A stretch of 64,000 nt of DNA from an uncultured Bifidobacteriaceae bacterium (GCA_964619705.1 CAZUGF010000010.1:1234-65233); one strand, 5' to 3'; counted from the first letter of the stretch, positions 34,944 to 43,519 are shown. The notes: generated from the sequence alone by a model not told the origin. Translations and numbers: made by a program.

Positions 34944-35975
34944 CTAGTTTACATCAGCGGCGCCGGCGTCCGGGACACCCGCCAGCAGGACGGCGGCAAG
35001 CCGCTCGTAGAGCGCGACGGCCCGGTGCAGCTCGGCAATCTCGACGTGCTCGTGATCCGTGTGCGCCACGTGGATGGACCCGGGACCGGCCAGCAGGGGC
35101 GCGCCCCACGCGGACAGGAACGGGATGTCCGTCGTGTAGGCGAAGACGGCGGTCTCGAAGCCCGCGGGGGCCTCCAGCCGGACCGGCGGCACTTCGACCA
35201 CCTCCTGGACGGCCGCCCGATCCCCCACGGCCGCCCGCAGCACCTCGCGGATCCGAGCGTGGTCACCGACGCTCCTGAACGTCAGCTCGGCTTCGGCGTG
35301 CGGCGGGATGACGTTCGGCGCGACGCCGCCGCTGATCAGCCCGACCGTGTAGTGCGTACGGCCGAGCACCGGGTCCTCCGGCCACGGCGCCGCGCGCAGC
35401 GACACGAGGACGTCCAGCAGCGCCTCGATCGCCGAGTGACCAAGCTCCGGGTAGCCGGAGTGCGCCGCCCGTCCGCTGGTGGTGACCTTCACGCGGAGCA
35501 CGCCGCGCGTGGCCGCGCCCAGCCGGTTCTCCGTCGGCTCCCCGTTGATCAGGAAGCGGCTCCGTGATCCGATGCGGTTGGCGGCCATCGCCCCTTCGCT
35601 GCCCCGCTCCTCGCCGGCCACGAAGACCATGCCCACGCGCGTCTCTCCAGCGGCGCGGAGCCGTTCCACCGCGCAGACCTGCGCCGCCAGGATGCCCTTG
35701 GCATCACACGCCCCCCGGCCATAGAGGCGTGTCCCCTCGATGCGGCTCGGAAAGAACGGCGGCACGCAATCGATGTGCGTGGAGAACACGACCGCCGGCT
35801 CGCCGGCGGCCGCAATCACGTTGATCCGATCGCCCTCGACGGGTTGCTCGAGCACGGAGTAGCCGCGCGCCCGCAGGTAGCCGGCGAGCGTCCGCCCCAC
35901 GGCCCCCTCCTTCCCCGTCGTCGAGTCGATGTCGATCAGCAGCCGCGCAAGGGCGACGACGTCACTCGCACCCAT
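34944..35975 (-). CDS. M20-family metallohydrolase (ArgE/DapE family), likely N-succinyl-diaminopimelate desuccinylase by context
   Basis: ORF 34944..36065, with the start at MGASDVV (35975), which overlaps the dapD stop (TGATG). M20 motifs are STHIDCVP, GRGACDAKG and AGEERGSEG. Confidence 0.8.
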   Translation of the reverse strand: MGASDVVALARLLIDIDSTTGKEGAVGRTLAGYLRARGYSVLEQPVEGDRINVIAAAGEPAVVFSTHIDCVPPFFPSRIEGTRLYGRGACDAKGILAAQVCAVERLRAAGETRVGMVFVAGEERGSEGAMAANRIGSRSRFLINGEPTENRLGAATRGVLRVKVTTSGRAAHSGYPELGHSAIEALLDVLVSLRAAPWPEDPVLGRTHYTVGLISGGVAPNVIPPHAEAELTFRSVGDHARIREVLRAAVGDRAAVQEVVEVPPVRLEAPAGFETAVFAYTTDIPFLSAWGAPLLAGPGSIHVAHTDHEHVEIAELHRAVALYERLAAVLLAGVPDAGAADVN

Positions 35976-36805
35976 CAACGTATCCAGGCTTCGAGCTCTG
36001 TCCGGGTATCCGTGCGGTCGTCGCGATACTTGACAATGACCGGCGTGGCGAGCGACAGCCCCCACTCCGGCCCCGCGCCCATCGTCACGCGGCGCGCGCC
36101 GGGGACCACGACGGCGCCCTCCGGCACGACGAGCGGCTGCCCCGGCGCCGGCTTGATCACGACGCCGTTCGGCAGGTCGTAGACGGGCGTCGATCCGGTG
36201 AGCACGGTCCCCGCCGCAATCACCGCCCGCCGCTTGATGACCGCGCCCTCGTAGATGCCCGAGTTCCCGCCCACGAGGACATCGTCTTCGACGATGACGG
36301 GAAGGGCGCCAATCGGCTCGATGACGCCGCCAATCTGCGCGGCGGCGCTCACGTGGACGCGCGCGCCGATCTGCGCGCAGGAGCCGATGAGGGCGTGCGA
36401 GTCCACCAGCGTACCCTCGCCGACCCAGGCGCCGAGGTTGATGTACATCGGCGGGACACAGATGACGCCGGGCGCCACGAAGGCGCCCTCGCGAATGGCC
36501 GATCCGCCGGGGACGATCCGCACGCCGGCCGCGACGCCCGGCCGCTTCACGCCCATCGTGTCCTTGTCGTAGAACGGCAGGTCTCCCGTCGACATCTCGA
36601 CGAGATCGCCGAAGCGGAAGCCGAGCAGGATCCCCTGCTTGACCCAGGCGTTGACGCGCCAGCCGGTCGCCTCCGCGGCGTCCGGCTCCGCCGCGCGAAT
36701 CTCGCCGCGGCCGAGCGCCTGCAGGAACGCCCCGAACGCCTCACGCGCCTCCGTCCTGTCGGCCGCGGCGCCGGCGGCGGACAGCGCCTCGATCCGGTCC
36801 CTCAT
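35975..36805 (-). CDS. dapD: 2,3,4,5-tetrahydropyridine-2,6-dicarboxylate N-succinyltransferase
   Basis: This is the last 276 aa of ORF 35975..37669. Hexapeptide repeats are present (GAFVAPGVICVPPMYINLGAWVGEGTLVDSHALIGSCAQIG...). ATGA overlap with the dapA stop. Confidence 0.9.
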   Translation of the reverse strand: MRDRIEALSAAGAAADRTEAREAFGAFLQALGRGEIRAAEPDAAEATGWRVNAWVKQGILLGFRFGDLVEMSTGDLPFYDKDTMGVKRPGVAAGVRIVPGGSAIREGAFVAPGVICVPPMYINLGAWVGEGTLVDSHALIGSCAQIGARVHVSAAAQIGGVIEPIGALPVIVEDDVLVGGNSGIYEGAVIKRRAVIAAGTVLTGSTPVYDLPNGVVIKPAPGQPLVVPEGAVVVPGARRVTMGAGPEWGLSLATPVIVKYRDDRTDTRTELEAWIR

Positions 36806-37683
36806 GTCCACGGCCTCAGCGCGGCGAGGATCTTCGCCTTCGACGCCTCCCGCGGCGGCACCATCGGCAGGCGATACACCTCCTCGCACAAGCCCAGTGC
36901 CGACATGGCGAACTTGACGGGGCCGGGGTTGGACTCGACGAAGTTCACGAGCAGGAGCGGCAGCAGCCGCTGGTGCAGGGCCCGCGCGGCCTGGAAGTCG
37001 CCCTGCTCCGCGGCCTCGACCATCCGCGCCATCTCCCCGGGGATCTCGTTCGACGCCACCGAGATCAGTCCGCGGCCGCCAATCGCCATCAGCGGCACCG
37101 TGATCGCGTCGTCGCCGGAGAGGACCAGGAAGTCGTCCGGCACCGCGGCCAGGATCTCGGCCATCTGCTGGATGTTGCCCGATGCTTCCTTGACGCCGAC
37201 GACGGTCGGGATGCCGGCCAGGCGAGCAACGGTTGCCGCATCCATGTTGCAGCCCGTGCGGCCGGGCACGTTGTACAGCATGACGGGCAGCGGCGTCGCC
37301 GACGCGATCGCCGAGAAGTGTTCGAAGAGCCCCTCCGGCGTGGGCTTGTTGTAGTACGGCGTGACGGACAGCAGGCCGTCCGCGCCGGCTTCGGCCATCA
37401 CCTGTGCGGCGTGCACGACCTCGCGCGTGTCGTATCCGCCGGCGCCGGCCATCACCGGGACCTGGCCGCCGGACTCCTCCACGACCAGTTCCACGACGCG
37501 GCGCTTCTCCGCCTCGGACAGCGTCGGTGTTTCCCCCGTGGTACCGCACGGCACCAGGAAGTGAACGCCGGCATCGATCTGCCGCCGCGCCAGCCGGCGC
37601 ACGCCCGCCTCGTCCACTGCCCCGCTTGTCGTAAACGGCGTAATCAGCGCCGTTCCCACTCCCGTCCACCGTGCTCTCATCAT
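36802..37683 (-). CDS. dapA: 4-hydroxy-tetrahydrodipicolinate synthase
   Basis: 293 aa. GVGTALITPF, LVPCGTTGE, TPYYNKP, YNVPGRTG and VGVKEASG (catalytic Lys) are present. Confidence 0.95.
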   Translation of the reverse strand: MMRARWTGVGTALITPFTTSGAVDEAGVRRLARRQIDAGVHFLVPCGTTGETPTLSEAEKRRVVELVVEESGGQVPVMAGAGGYDTREVVHAAQVMAEAGADGLLSVTPYYNKPTPEGLFEHFSAIASATPLPVMLYNVPGRTGCNMDAATVARLAGIPTVVGVKEASGNIQQMAEILAAVPDDFLVLSGDDAITVPLMAIGGRGLISVASNEIPGEMARMVEAAEQGDFQAARALHQRLLPLLLVNFVESNPGPVKFAMSALGLCEEVYRLPMVPPREASKAKILAALRPWT

Positions 37684-37761
37684 CGACCTCTCGTGCTGAA
37701 CCTCAACTGCGCGGGGGCGTGCCGCCGTCCGCGCGGACCGCGTGTCGCGGCGTCAGTGCAT

Positions 37762-38445
37762 TCACTTCCCCAGCATGTCGCGCATCGAGTACCAGCCGCG
37801 GCGTCCGGCCAGCCAGCGCGCCGCCATCAGCGCACCGCGCGCGAAGACGGCCCGATCGCGGACCGTGTGCGTCAGCTCGATTGTCTCTGATGGACCGTCG
37901 AAGCCGACCGTGTGCGTGCCCGGCATGAAGCCCGCGCGCGTGGACGCCACGTCGATGGCGCGCGTGAACCCGGCCGTCTCCATGCCCGCCTTGAGCGTCA
38001 GCGCCGTGCCCGATGGCGCGTCCTTCTTCCGGTCGTGGTGCCGCTCGTGAATCCACGCGCCGACGTCTGGCTGTGCCGCCAGGCGGCGCGCCGCCTCCTC
38101 CACGACGAGCTGGAAGACGTTCATGCCGATCGAGAAGTTGGAGGCGGCCAGCACGCCGATGCCGGCGTCCGCCGCGAGGGCGCGCATGGCCGATTCGTGG
38201 TCCTGCCAGCCCGTCGTCCCGATGACGACATTGATCCCGCGCGCGGCGAGGAGCGGCAGGTTGGCGGGGACGGCATCCGGCAGCGTGAAGTCGATGGCCG
38301 CGTCCACCACGCCGAAGTCGCCGTCCGCGATGGCCCGTTCTCCCGACGATCGGTCCACGACTCCCGCCACTGTCATCCCGTAGTCCGGCGCCAGCGACTC
38401 CACCAGGCGTCCCATCCGGCCGCGTCCGACAATCAGGATTCGCAT
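37762..38445 (-). CDS. dapB: 4-hydroxy-tetrahydrodipicolinate reductase
   Basis: 227 aa. MRILIVGRGRMG (NAD-binding), ERHHDRKKDAPSGTA and GTHTVGF are DapB signatures. Confidence 0.95.
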   Translation of the reverse strand: MRILIVGRGRMGRLVESLAPDYGMTVAGVVDRSSGERAIADGDFGVVDAAIDFTLPDAVPANLPLLAARGINVVIGTTGWQDHESAMRALAADAGIGVLAASNFSIGMNVFQLVVEEAARRLAAQPDVGAWIHERHHDRKKDAPSGTALTLKAGMETAGFTRAIDVASTRAGFMPGTHTVGFDGPSETIELTHTVRDRAVFARGALMAARWLAGRRGWYSMRDMLGK

Positions 38446-38448
38446 GGG

Positions 38449-39867
38449 TCAGCTCCGCGTGCCGGTCACGGATCGGGACACCGGGAACGGCGCGAAGAAC
38501 GTCGCATCGATGCGCGTGAGCGCGGCGGTGACGTCCGCTTCCCGAATCACGAAGGTGATGTTACGGCGCGATGCCGCCTGGGACACGAGCCGGAGCGGCA
38601 CGTCACCGACGGACGCCAGGACGCGCGCGGCCAGGTGCGGGTCGCGGCGCAGGCCGTCGCCGACGGCGCAGACGATGGCCATGTGATCCTCGCACGTGAC
38701 CTCCGCGAACTCCGACAGCGCCTCCACGATCCCCGCCAGCCGCCGCGCATCGTCCACGGTGACCGAGACCGTGACCTCGGAGGTCGTGACCACGTCCACC
38801 GGCGTACGAAAGCGCTCGAAGACAGAGAAGAGCCGGCTCAGGAAGCCGTGCGCCATCAGCATGCGCGTCGACGTGATGTCCACGACCGTCACGCCCTGCT
38901 TGGAGGCCACGGCAGTCAGCGGCCGATCGCTGGCGGGCCGATCGGCGGTGACGAGCGTGCCGCGCGCCGTGGGCCGGCGCGAGTTGAGGATGCGGACAGG
39001 AATGTTGCGGGCCACCGCCGGCTGGATGGTGGCCGGGTGCAGCACCTTGGCGCCGAAGTACGCGAGCTCCGAGGCTTCGGCAAATGAGATGTGCGGCACG
39101 ACCTGCGGGTCCTTGACGATCCGCGGATCGGAGGTCAGCATGCCGTCGACGTCCGTCCATATCTGGATCTCCGCGACGCCGAGGCAGGACCCGACAATCG
39201 CCGCGGAGTAGTCCGAGCCGCCGCGGCCGAGCGTGGTCGTCACGCCCTCGCGCGTGGCGCCCACGAAACCGCCGAGCACGGGGACTTCGCCCGCCGCCAG
39301 CAGCGGATCGACCTCCGCCATCAGCCTGGCCGTCGTCTCCTCGAAGAGCGGCGCGGCCGCCTGGTGCTCGCCGTTGGTGACGAGCACGAGCCGCGCATCC
39401 ACCCACGAGGCAGGGATCCGCCGCGCGCCGATGGCCGCGGTCACCAGCCGGCTGCTCAGGATCTCGCCGGCGGCGACGATGGTGTCCGTCCAGCGTGGGG
39501 AGACTTCGCGCAGCACGCCGAGCGCCGAGACGATGCGTTCCAGTTCCGCAAAGTCACGCGCCATCTCGTCGAGCACGGCCTGCCGGCGCGCCGCGTCCGG
39601 GACGACCTCGGCCACCGCGACGTGACGCTGGTGCAGGTCGCGCAGGTTGGCGCGGGCGCCTTCGATGTCCCCGGCCGTGGCCTCCGCCGCCACGCCGAGC
39701 AGCCGATCCGTGACGCCCGAGAGCGCCGAGACCACGACCACCGGACCACGGGCGTCGCCGCCTTCCTGCTGCGCCTCGGCCTGCCGCTGCGCGCGGACAA
39801 TGGCCGTCAGGCGCTCGATGGCGTCGCGGTCCGTGACCGACGTCCCGCCGAACTTCATCACCACCAT
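38449..39867 (-). CDS. lysC: Aspartate kinase with C-terminal ACT domains
   Basis: 472 aa. MKFGGTSV, TLGRGGSDYSA and SYFGAKVLHP-like (AYFGAKVLHP) are present, followed by two ACT-like regions. Confidence 0.95.
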   Translation of the reverse strand: MVVMKFGGTSVTDRDAIERLTAIVRAQRQAEAQQEGGDARGPVVVVSALSGVTDRLLGVAAEATAGDIEGARANLRDLHQRHVAVAEVVPDAARRQAVLDEMARDFAELERIVSALGVLREVSPRWTDTIVAAGEILSSRLVTAAIGARRIPASWVDARLVLVTNGEHQAAAPLFEETTARLMAEVDPLLAAGEVPVLGGFVGATREGVTTTLGRGGSDYSAAIVGSCLGVAEIQIWTDVDGMLTSDPRIVKDPQVVPHISFAEASELAYFGAKVLHPATIQPAVARNIPVRILNSRRPTARGTLVTADRPASDRPLTAVASKQGVTVVDITSTRMLMAHGFLSRLFSVFERFRTPVDVVTTSEVTVSVTVDDARRLAGIVEALSEFAEVTCEDHMAIVCAVGDGLRRDPHLAARVLASVGDVPLRLVSQAASRRNITFVIREADVTAALTRIDATFFAPFPVSRSVTGTRS

Positions 39868-39900
39868 GGTTCGACTCCGGCCTCCAGGCTCCGGCGCTCC

Positions 39901-40941
39901 CTACGTCAACAGTCCTTCCGCGTGCATCAGCTCCGCGTTCAGGATGGCCGCCCCCGCCGCACCGCGGATGGTGTTGTGGCCGAGGGCCACGAACCGCGCG
40001 TGCAGGACGGGACACGATCGCACGCGGCCGACGGCCACCGCCATGCCCGAGCCCATGTCCGCGTCCAGCCGCGGCTGCGGCCGGTTGGGCTCCGCCATCA
40101 CCACGAGCGGCGGCTGCGGCGCACTCGGCAGCCACAGCTCCTGCGGGCGGCCCTTGAACGCGCGCATCGCCTCCACCATGTCCTCGATCGGCGGCTTGGC
40201 GTGCAGATCCACGGACACCGTCATCGTGTGGCCGTCGATGACCGGCACGCGATTCGTGTGCGCGCTCACCAGCGCGGGATACGGCGTCCGCCCGCCGTCC
40301 CGGCCGAGAATCTTGAGCGTCTCCACCTGCATCTTCTCCTCTTCGCCGCCGATGAACGGCACGACGTTGCCGAGGATGTCGAGCGAGGGGACGCCGGGAT
40401 AGCCTGCGCCGGAGACGGCCTGCATGGTCGAGACGATGACCGCCCGGATGTTGAACGCCCGCAGCGGCGCCAGCGCCATCGCCAGCACGACCGTCGAGCA
40501 GTTGGGGTTGGTGACGATGGCCCCGCGCCATCCGCGGGTGGCGCGCTGTTCGAGCAGCAGGTGCAGGTGATCGGCGTTCACTTCCGGAATGAGCAGCGGG
40601 ACCAGCGGGTCCATCCGGTAGTTGCGCGCGTTGCTGACGACGATGTGCCCGGCCGCGGCGAACGCGCCTTCGATGTCACCGGCCACCGACGCGTCCAGAC
40701 CGGAGAACACGACCTTCGGCCCCTTGCCGGGGACGCAGGCCTGCACGGTGCGCGCCGCGGACGCTTCGGGAATGGGCGCCGCCAGCCGCCACGGGGCCAC
40801 GTCGCCATAGGCCTTGCCTTCGGAGCGCTCGCTCGCGGCCAGCCACGTGAGATCGAACCACGGGTGCTTGGCCAGGCGCGAGACGAACTGCTGCCCCACG
40901 ACCCCCGTCGCCCCGAGCACCCCCACTTCAATCGCGCTCAC
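39901..40941 (-). CDS. asd: Aspartate-semialdehyde dehydrogenase
   Basis: ORF 39901..40944 (TTG). The GTG at 40941 is preferred because AAGGAGG lies 6 nt upstream. GVLGATGVVGQ, NPNCST (active-site Cys) and GHNTIRGAAG are present. Confidence 0.95.
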   Translation of the reverse strand: MSAIEVGVLGATGVVGQQFVSRLAKHPWFDLTWLAASERSEGKAYGDVAPWRLAAPIPEASAARTVQACVPGKGPKVVFSGLDASVAGDIEGAFAAAGHIVVSNARNYRMDPLVPLLIPEVNADHLHLLLEQRATRGWRGAIVTNPNCSTVVLAMALAPLRAFNIRAVIVSTMQAVSGAGYPGVPSLDILGNVVPFIGGEEEKMQVETLKILGRDGGRTPYPALVSAHTNRVPVIDGHTMTVSVDLHAKPPIEDMVEAMRAFKGRPQELWLPSAPQPPLVVMAEPNRPQPRLDADMGSGMAVAVGRVRSCPVLHARFVALGHNTIRGAAGAAILNAELMHAEGLLT

Positions 40942-40980
40942 CAACCGCCTCCTTGCCGGACCGCCATCGGCGGCCTCACC

Positions 40981-41018
40981 AACAAAAAACCCGCCTTGGC
41001 CTGGGGCCGCGGCGGGTT
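40981..41018 (-). terminator. Rho-independent terminator-like hairpin plus U-tract immediately upstream of the asd RBS
   Basis: The minus strand reads AACCCGCC-GC-GGCC-CCA-GGCC-AA-GGCGGGTT followed by TTTTTTGTT. It sits about 40 nt before the asd start and about 245 nt after the upstream gene stop. Confidence 0.7.
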
Positions 41019-41160
41019 GCTGAATGGCCCGTGAGGGCCGCTCGCTCGTCGGATGGTTACCGACGCGAGCTGAGAGAGACGCATCCCGACGCGTGCCAGA
41101 CCCGCTTTCGCGCGGATCGCTTTCGCATCGGGGTGGTCATCATCAGGGTTCGAAGTATAG
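41019..41160 (-). promoter_or_regulatory. Structured 5' leader of the asd-lysC-dap operon (candidate attenuator/riboswitch)
   Basis: A TATACT -10-like hexamer lies at 41159-41154 (minus). Downstream are two GNRA hairpins (GC-GAAA-GC), mutually exclusive stems (GUCGGGAUG/CAUCCGAC versus GCUCGCGUCG/CGACGAGCGAGC), and a GGCCC-UCAC-GGGCC hairpin, followed by the terminator. Confidence 0.35.
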
Positions 41161-41170
41161 CACGCCGGCC

Positions 41171-41264
41171 AGATCACAACATCTCCATCTACAAGATCAA
41201 CACCTCAACAGATCGACGACACATCAAGCGATCGAGCGATCGGATTCCCGCGATCACCAGATCA
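41171..41264. repeat. GATC / AGATCA motif cluster in AT-richer spacer
   Basis: There are seven GATC tetramers, at 41172, 41195, 41211, 41230, 41238, 41252 and 41260. AGATCA occurs exactly three times (41171, 41194, 41259), and AGATCG occurs at 41210. Confidence 0.6.
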
Positions 41265-41696
41265 AGAGGCCATCACATTCTCCACAGGCTTCCCCGTTAT
41301 CGACCGCACCGACAGGTATAACCCCAACCCCACCGGCCCGAGCAGAAAGGTCAAAACCAGCGCAGGCACGACCAGCAGATGCGGCACGCCGTTCCGCCGC
41401 GCATCCCGAACCTCCCAGCCGCCGATGAACAGATCGAAGGCCAGGTAGTGCGTCCACCCCGCGAGCAATGCGAGCGGATCGGCAAACAGCGCGCGGACCT
41501 CCGCCAGGGACGAGAACCCGCCGTCGGTGTACGGGAGCGTCACCGCGATCAGCACCAGGTAGACGATGCCCAGCAGGAACGGCACGACCACCGGCACAAC
41601 CGTCACGGCCCAGCGGGCCCGCGGGAGGAAGATCAGCGGCAGCCAGGCCAGCATCGTGGCCAGGTTCAGGATCGAGAAGAGCTGTTCCGGGTTCAT
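41262..41696 (-). CDS. DUF4281-like (ABA4-like) small membrane protein
   Basis: This is the last 144 aa of ORF 41262..42623. It has four TM helices and includes GWTHYLAFDLFIGGW. ATGA overlap with the upstream membrane gene. Confidence 0.7.
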   Translation of the reverse strand: MNPEQLFSILNLATMLAWLPLIFLPRARWAVTVVPVVVPFLLGIVYLVLIAVTLPYTDGGFSSLAEVRALFADPLALLAGWTHYLAFDLFIGGWEVRDARRNGVPHLLVVPALVLTFLLGPVGLGLYLSVRSITGKPVENVMAS

Positions 41697-42691
41697 ATGA
41701 CCATCCCATTCCGGCCGCCGGCCGGCACATGCCCCGGCTGACGGCCAATCCACACAAGGACCAGCAGTGTAAGCGCGCCCCAGGCGGCGAGCGCGAGCAG
41801 GGCCGTCGCGTCGGGCGCCGCCACGCTGTGCCCGCGGAGCGCGTCCGCGAGCAGGAGCAGGAACAACGCGGCGTAGCTCGCGGCGGCGGCCAGCATCGCC
41901 TTGATGCGCACGGACTCCGGACGCCGCACGTGCCGCAGGCCGAGCGCCGCGACGGCCAGCACCTGGATCGCGTGCAGGCCGGCAAAGTGCGCCACGCGCA
42001 CGTCGCCGTGCTCGCGGCTCCATCCGGTGACCGGGATGCCCGGGCCGCCGTCCACGCCGCCCACGGAGTGCGCACCCGCCGCCAGCATCGGGGCGCCGGC
42101 GCGCGCGGCCGCCAGTTGGGCTGTCGTCGGCCGTGTCATGAGCGGACCGGTGAGGGCACCGGCAATCGTGAGCGACATGCCGAGGCGCAGGGCCCATCCC
42201 AGCGTCCTGTCCGTGAACCGCTGCCGCCAGAGCGCCACCGCAACGGCCACGCTCACCAGCGTCTGCACCATGATCGCCGCGCCCATCGTCGTGAAGATGA
42301 CACCGTCGAGGAGCGTCGACACGTTGAAGTGGCTGGTGGTCCCGCGCCAGGCCTGGAAGTCGATCAGCGCCACCTCGAGTACGAAGACGATGGCGGTGGT
42401 CCAGCCGACGGCGCGCCGGACGCGCGGCCAGTCCGTCAGCCACTGGAACACCCACGCGAGCGTCAGGCTGTAGACGGCGGTCGAGACGGCGAACTTGAAC
42501 GGCTTGAGCCAGGCCGGTGCGCCCGAGATGACGCGAGGGTCGATCAGCATGGCGGCAAGCGAGGCCCCGGCCACGACGAGCATCAGGGCGCCAACCGCCG
42601 TCAGGGGCGGGCTGGCCTGCCACAACTCGTCGAACAGCGCGGGCCCCCGTGCCCCCGTGCGTGATCCAGCAGCGCCGGTGGTGGAATCCAT
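41693..42691 (-). CDS. Integral membrane protein, unknown family
   Basis: ORF 41693..42781, with the start at MDSTTG (42691) and AAGGGAGG 7 nt upstream. It has about 8 hydrophobic helices. It is divergent from the TetR gene. Confidence 0.7.
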   Translation of the reverse strand: MDSTTGAAGSRTGARGPALFDELWQASPPLTAVGALMLVVAGASLAAMLIDPRVISGAPAWLKPFKFAVSTAVYSLTLAWVFQWLTDWPRVRRAVGWTTAIVFVLEVALIDFQAWRGTTSHFNVSTLLDGVIFTTMGAAIMVQTLVSVAVAVALWRQRFTDRTLGWALRLGMSLTIAGALTGPLMTRPTTAQLAAARAGAPMLAAGAHSVGGVDGGPGIPVTGWSREHGDVRVAHFAGLHAIQVLAVAALGLRHVRRPESVRIKAMLAAAASYAALFLLLLADALRGHSVAAPDATALLALAAWGALTLLVLVWIGRQPGHVPAGGRNGMVI

Positions 42692-42741
42692 GAGCACGCC
42701 TCCCTTCATGTTGCCGTTGTCAACATAGGAATACTCCACGA

Positions 42742-42758
42742 TGTTGACTATGTCAACA
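42742..42758. promoter_or_regulatory. Inverted repeat TGTTGAC-TAT-GTCAACA, candidate TetR operator
   Basis: It has perfect 7-bp arms and lies in the 88-nt divergent intergenic region. An extra half-site TGTCAACA lies at 42718-42725. Confidence 0.55.
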
Positions 42759-42779
42759 CATGGAAATAGGATGAGGTGC

Positions 42780-43427
42780 ATGACGGCACGGACGCGGGCG
42801 GCGCGGCGGGGCCGCCGTCCCTACCATCACGGCAACCTCCGCCGTGAGCTCCTGGACGAGGCGGTGGCCACTATCCGCGACGAGGGCGTGGAGGCGTTGA
42901 CGCTCCGCGGCATCGGCGCGCGGCTGGGCGTCTCGCGGACGGCGCCCTACCGGCACTTCGCGGACAAGCGGGCGCTGCTCGACGCGGTGGCGACGGAGGG
43001 ATTCCGGACCCTGCGCGCGCAGCTGATCGCCGCGTGGGACGAGGGCGGGCGTACCACGGAGGCGTTCGACGCCATGGGGGCGGCCTACGTCCGCTTTGCC
43101 GTGGGCAACCCGTCGCACTACCGCGTGATGTTCGGCGGCTTCGTCGAACCCGAGACGTGCGAGGCCTCGCTCGCCGGCGAGGCGGCGGGGGCATTCCAGG
43201 CGCTCGTGGACGCGCTGGCCTCGCTGCAGGCGGACGGCGTCGTGCGCGGCGACGACACGGTGACGCAGGCGCGCTTCATCTGGGCGCTCGTCCACGGCAT
43301 GGCCATGCTCGGCCTCGATGGCCAGCTGCGCGAGCCCGGCGCCGTGGAGACGCTGATGCGCTACGCGTTCGCCCGGCTGCGGACGGGGATTGCGGCGGAT
43401 GCAGGGGATCGGGCGGCGGCGTCATAG
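42780..43427 (+). CDS. TetR/AcrR-family transcriptional regulator
   Basis: ORF 42741..43427, with the start at MTARTR (42780; 42771 is also possible). LLDEAVATIRDEGVEALTLRGIGARLGVSRTAPYRHFADKRALL is the TetR HTH. Confidence 0.9.
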   Translation: MTARTRAARRGRRPYHHGNLRRELLDEAVATIRDEGVEALTLRGIGARLGVSRTAPYRHFADKRALLDAVATEGFRTLRAQLIAAWDEGGRTTEAFDAMGAAYVRFAVGNPSHYRVMFGGFVEPETCEASLAGEAAGAFQALVDALASLQADGVVRGDDTVTQARFIWALVHGMAMLGLDGQLREPGAVETLMRYAFARLRTGIAADAGDRAAAS

Positions 43428-43519
43428 CGCCAGGGCCGGTACGCGCTCACGCGGCGTGGTTCGCCGTGCGGCCGCGTGCGTGCCGCCCGCGCCGGCCTGC
43501 GCCCGAGTTCCGCGCTACC

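Noticed and set aside
34755-35567. 270-aa plus-strand ORF across the dnaX upstream region and the M20 gene.
   Set aside because: It overlaps the SRP RNA and runs antisense to a well-supported M20 hydrolase gene. It has no motifs.
40945-41160. Possible lysine (L-box) riboswitch in front of asd/lysC.
   Set aside because: I could not find the conserved L-box core elements (AGAGGxGC 5' motif, GCCGAAGG-type turn, CUGUCA-type 3' motif). It is kept only as an unclassified structured leader.
40938-41177. 79-aa minus-strand ORF running through the asd leader and terminator.
   Set aside because: It reads straight through a terminator hairpin and the asd RBS, has no RBS of its own, and has no recognisable family. 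I treat the region as a non-coding leader.
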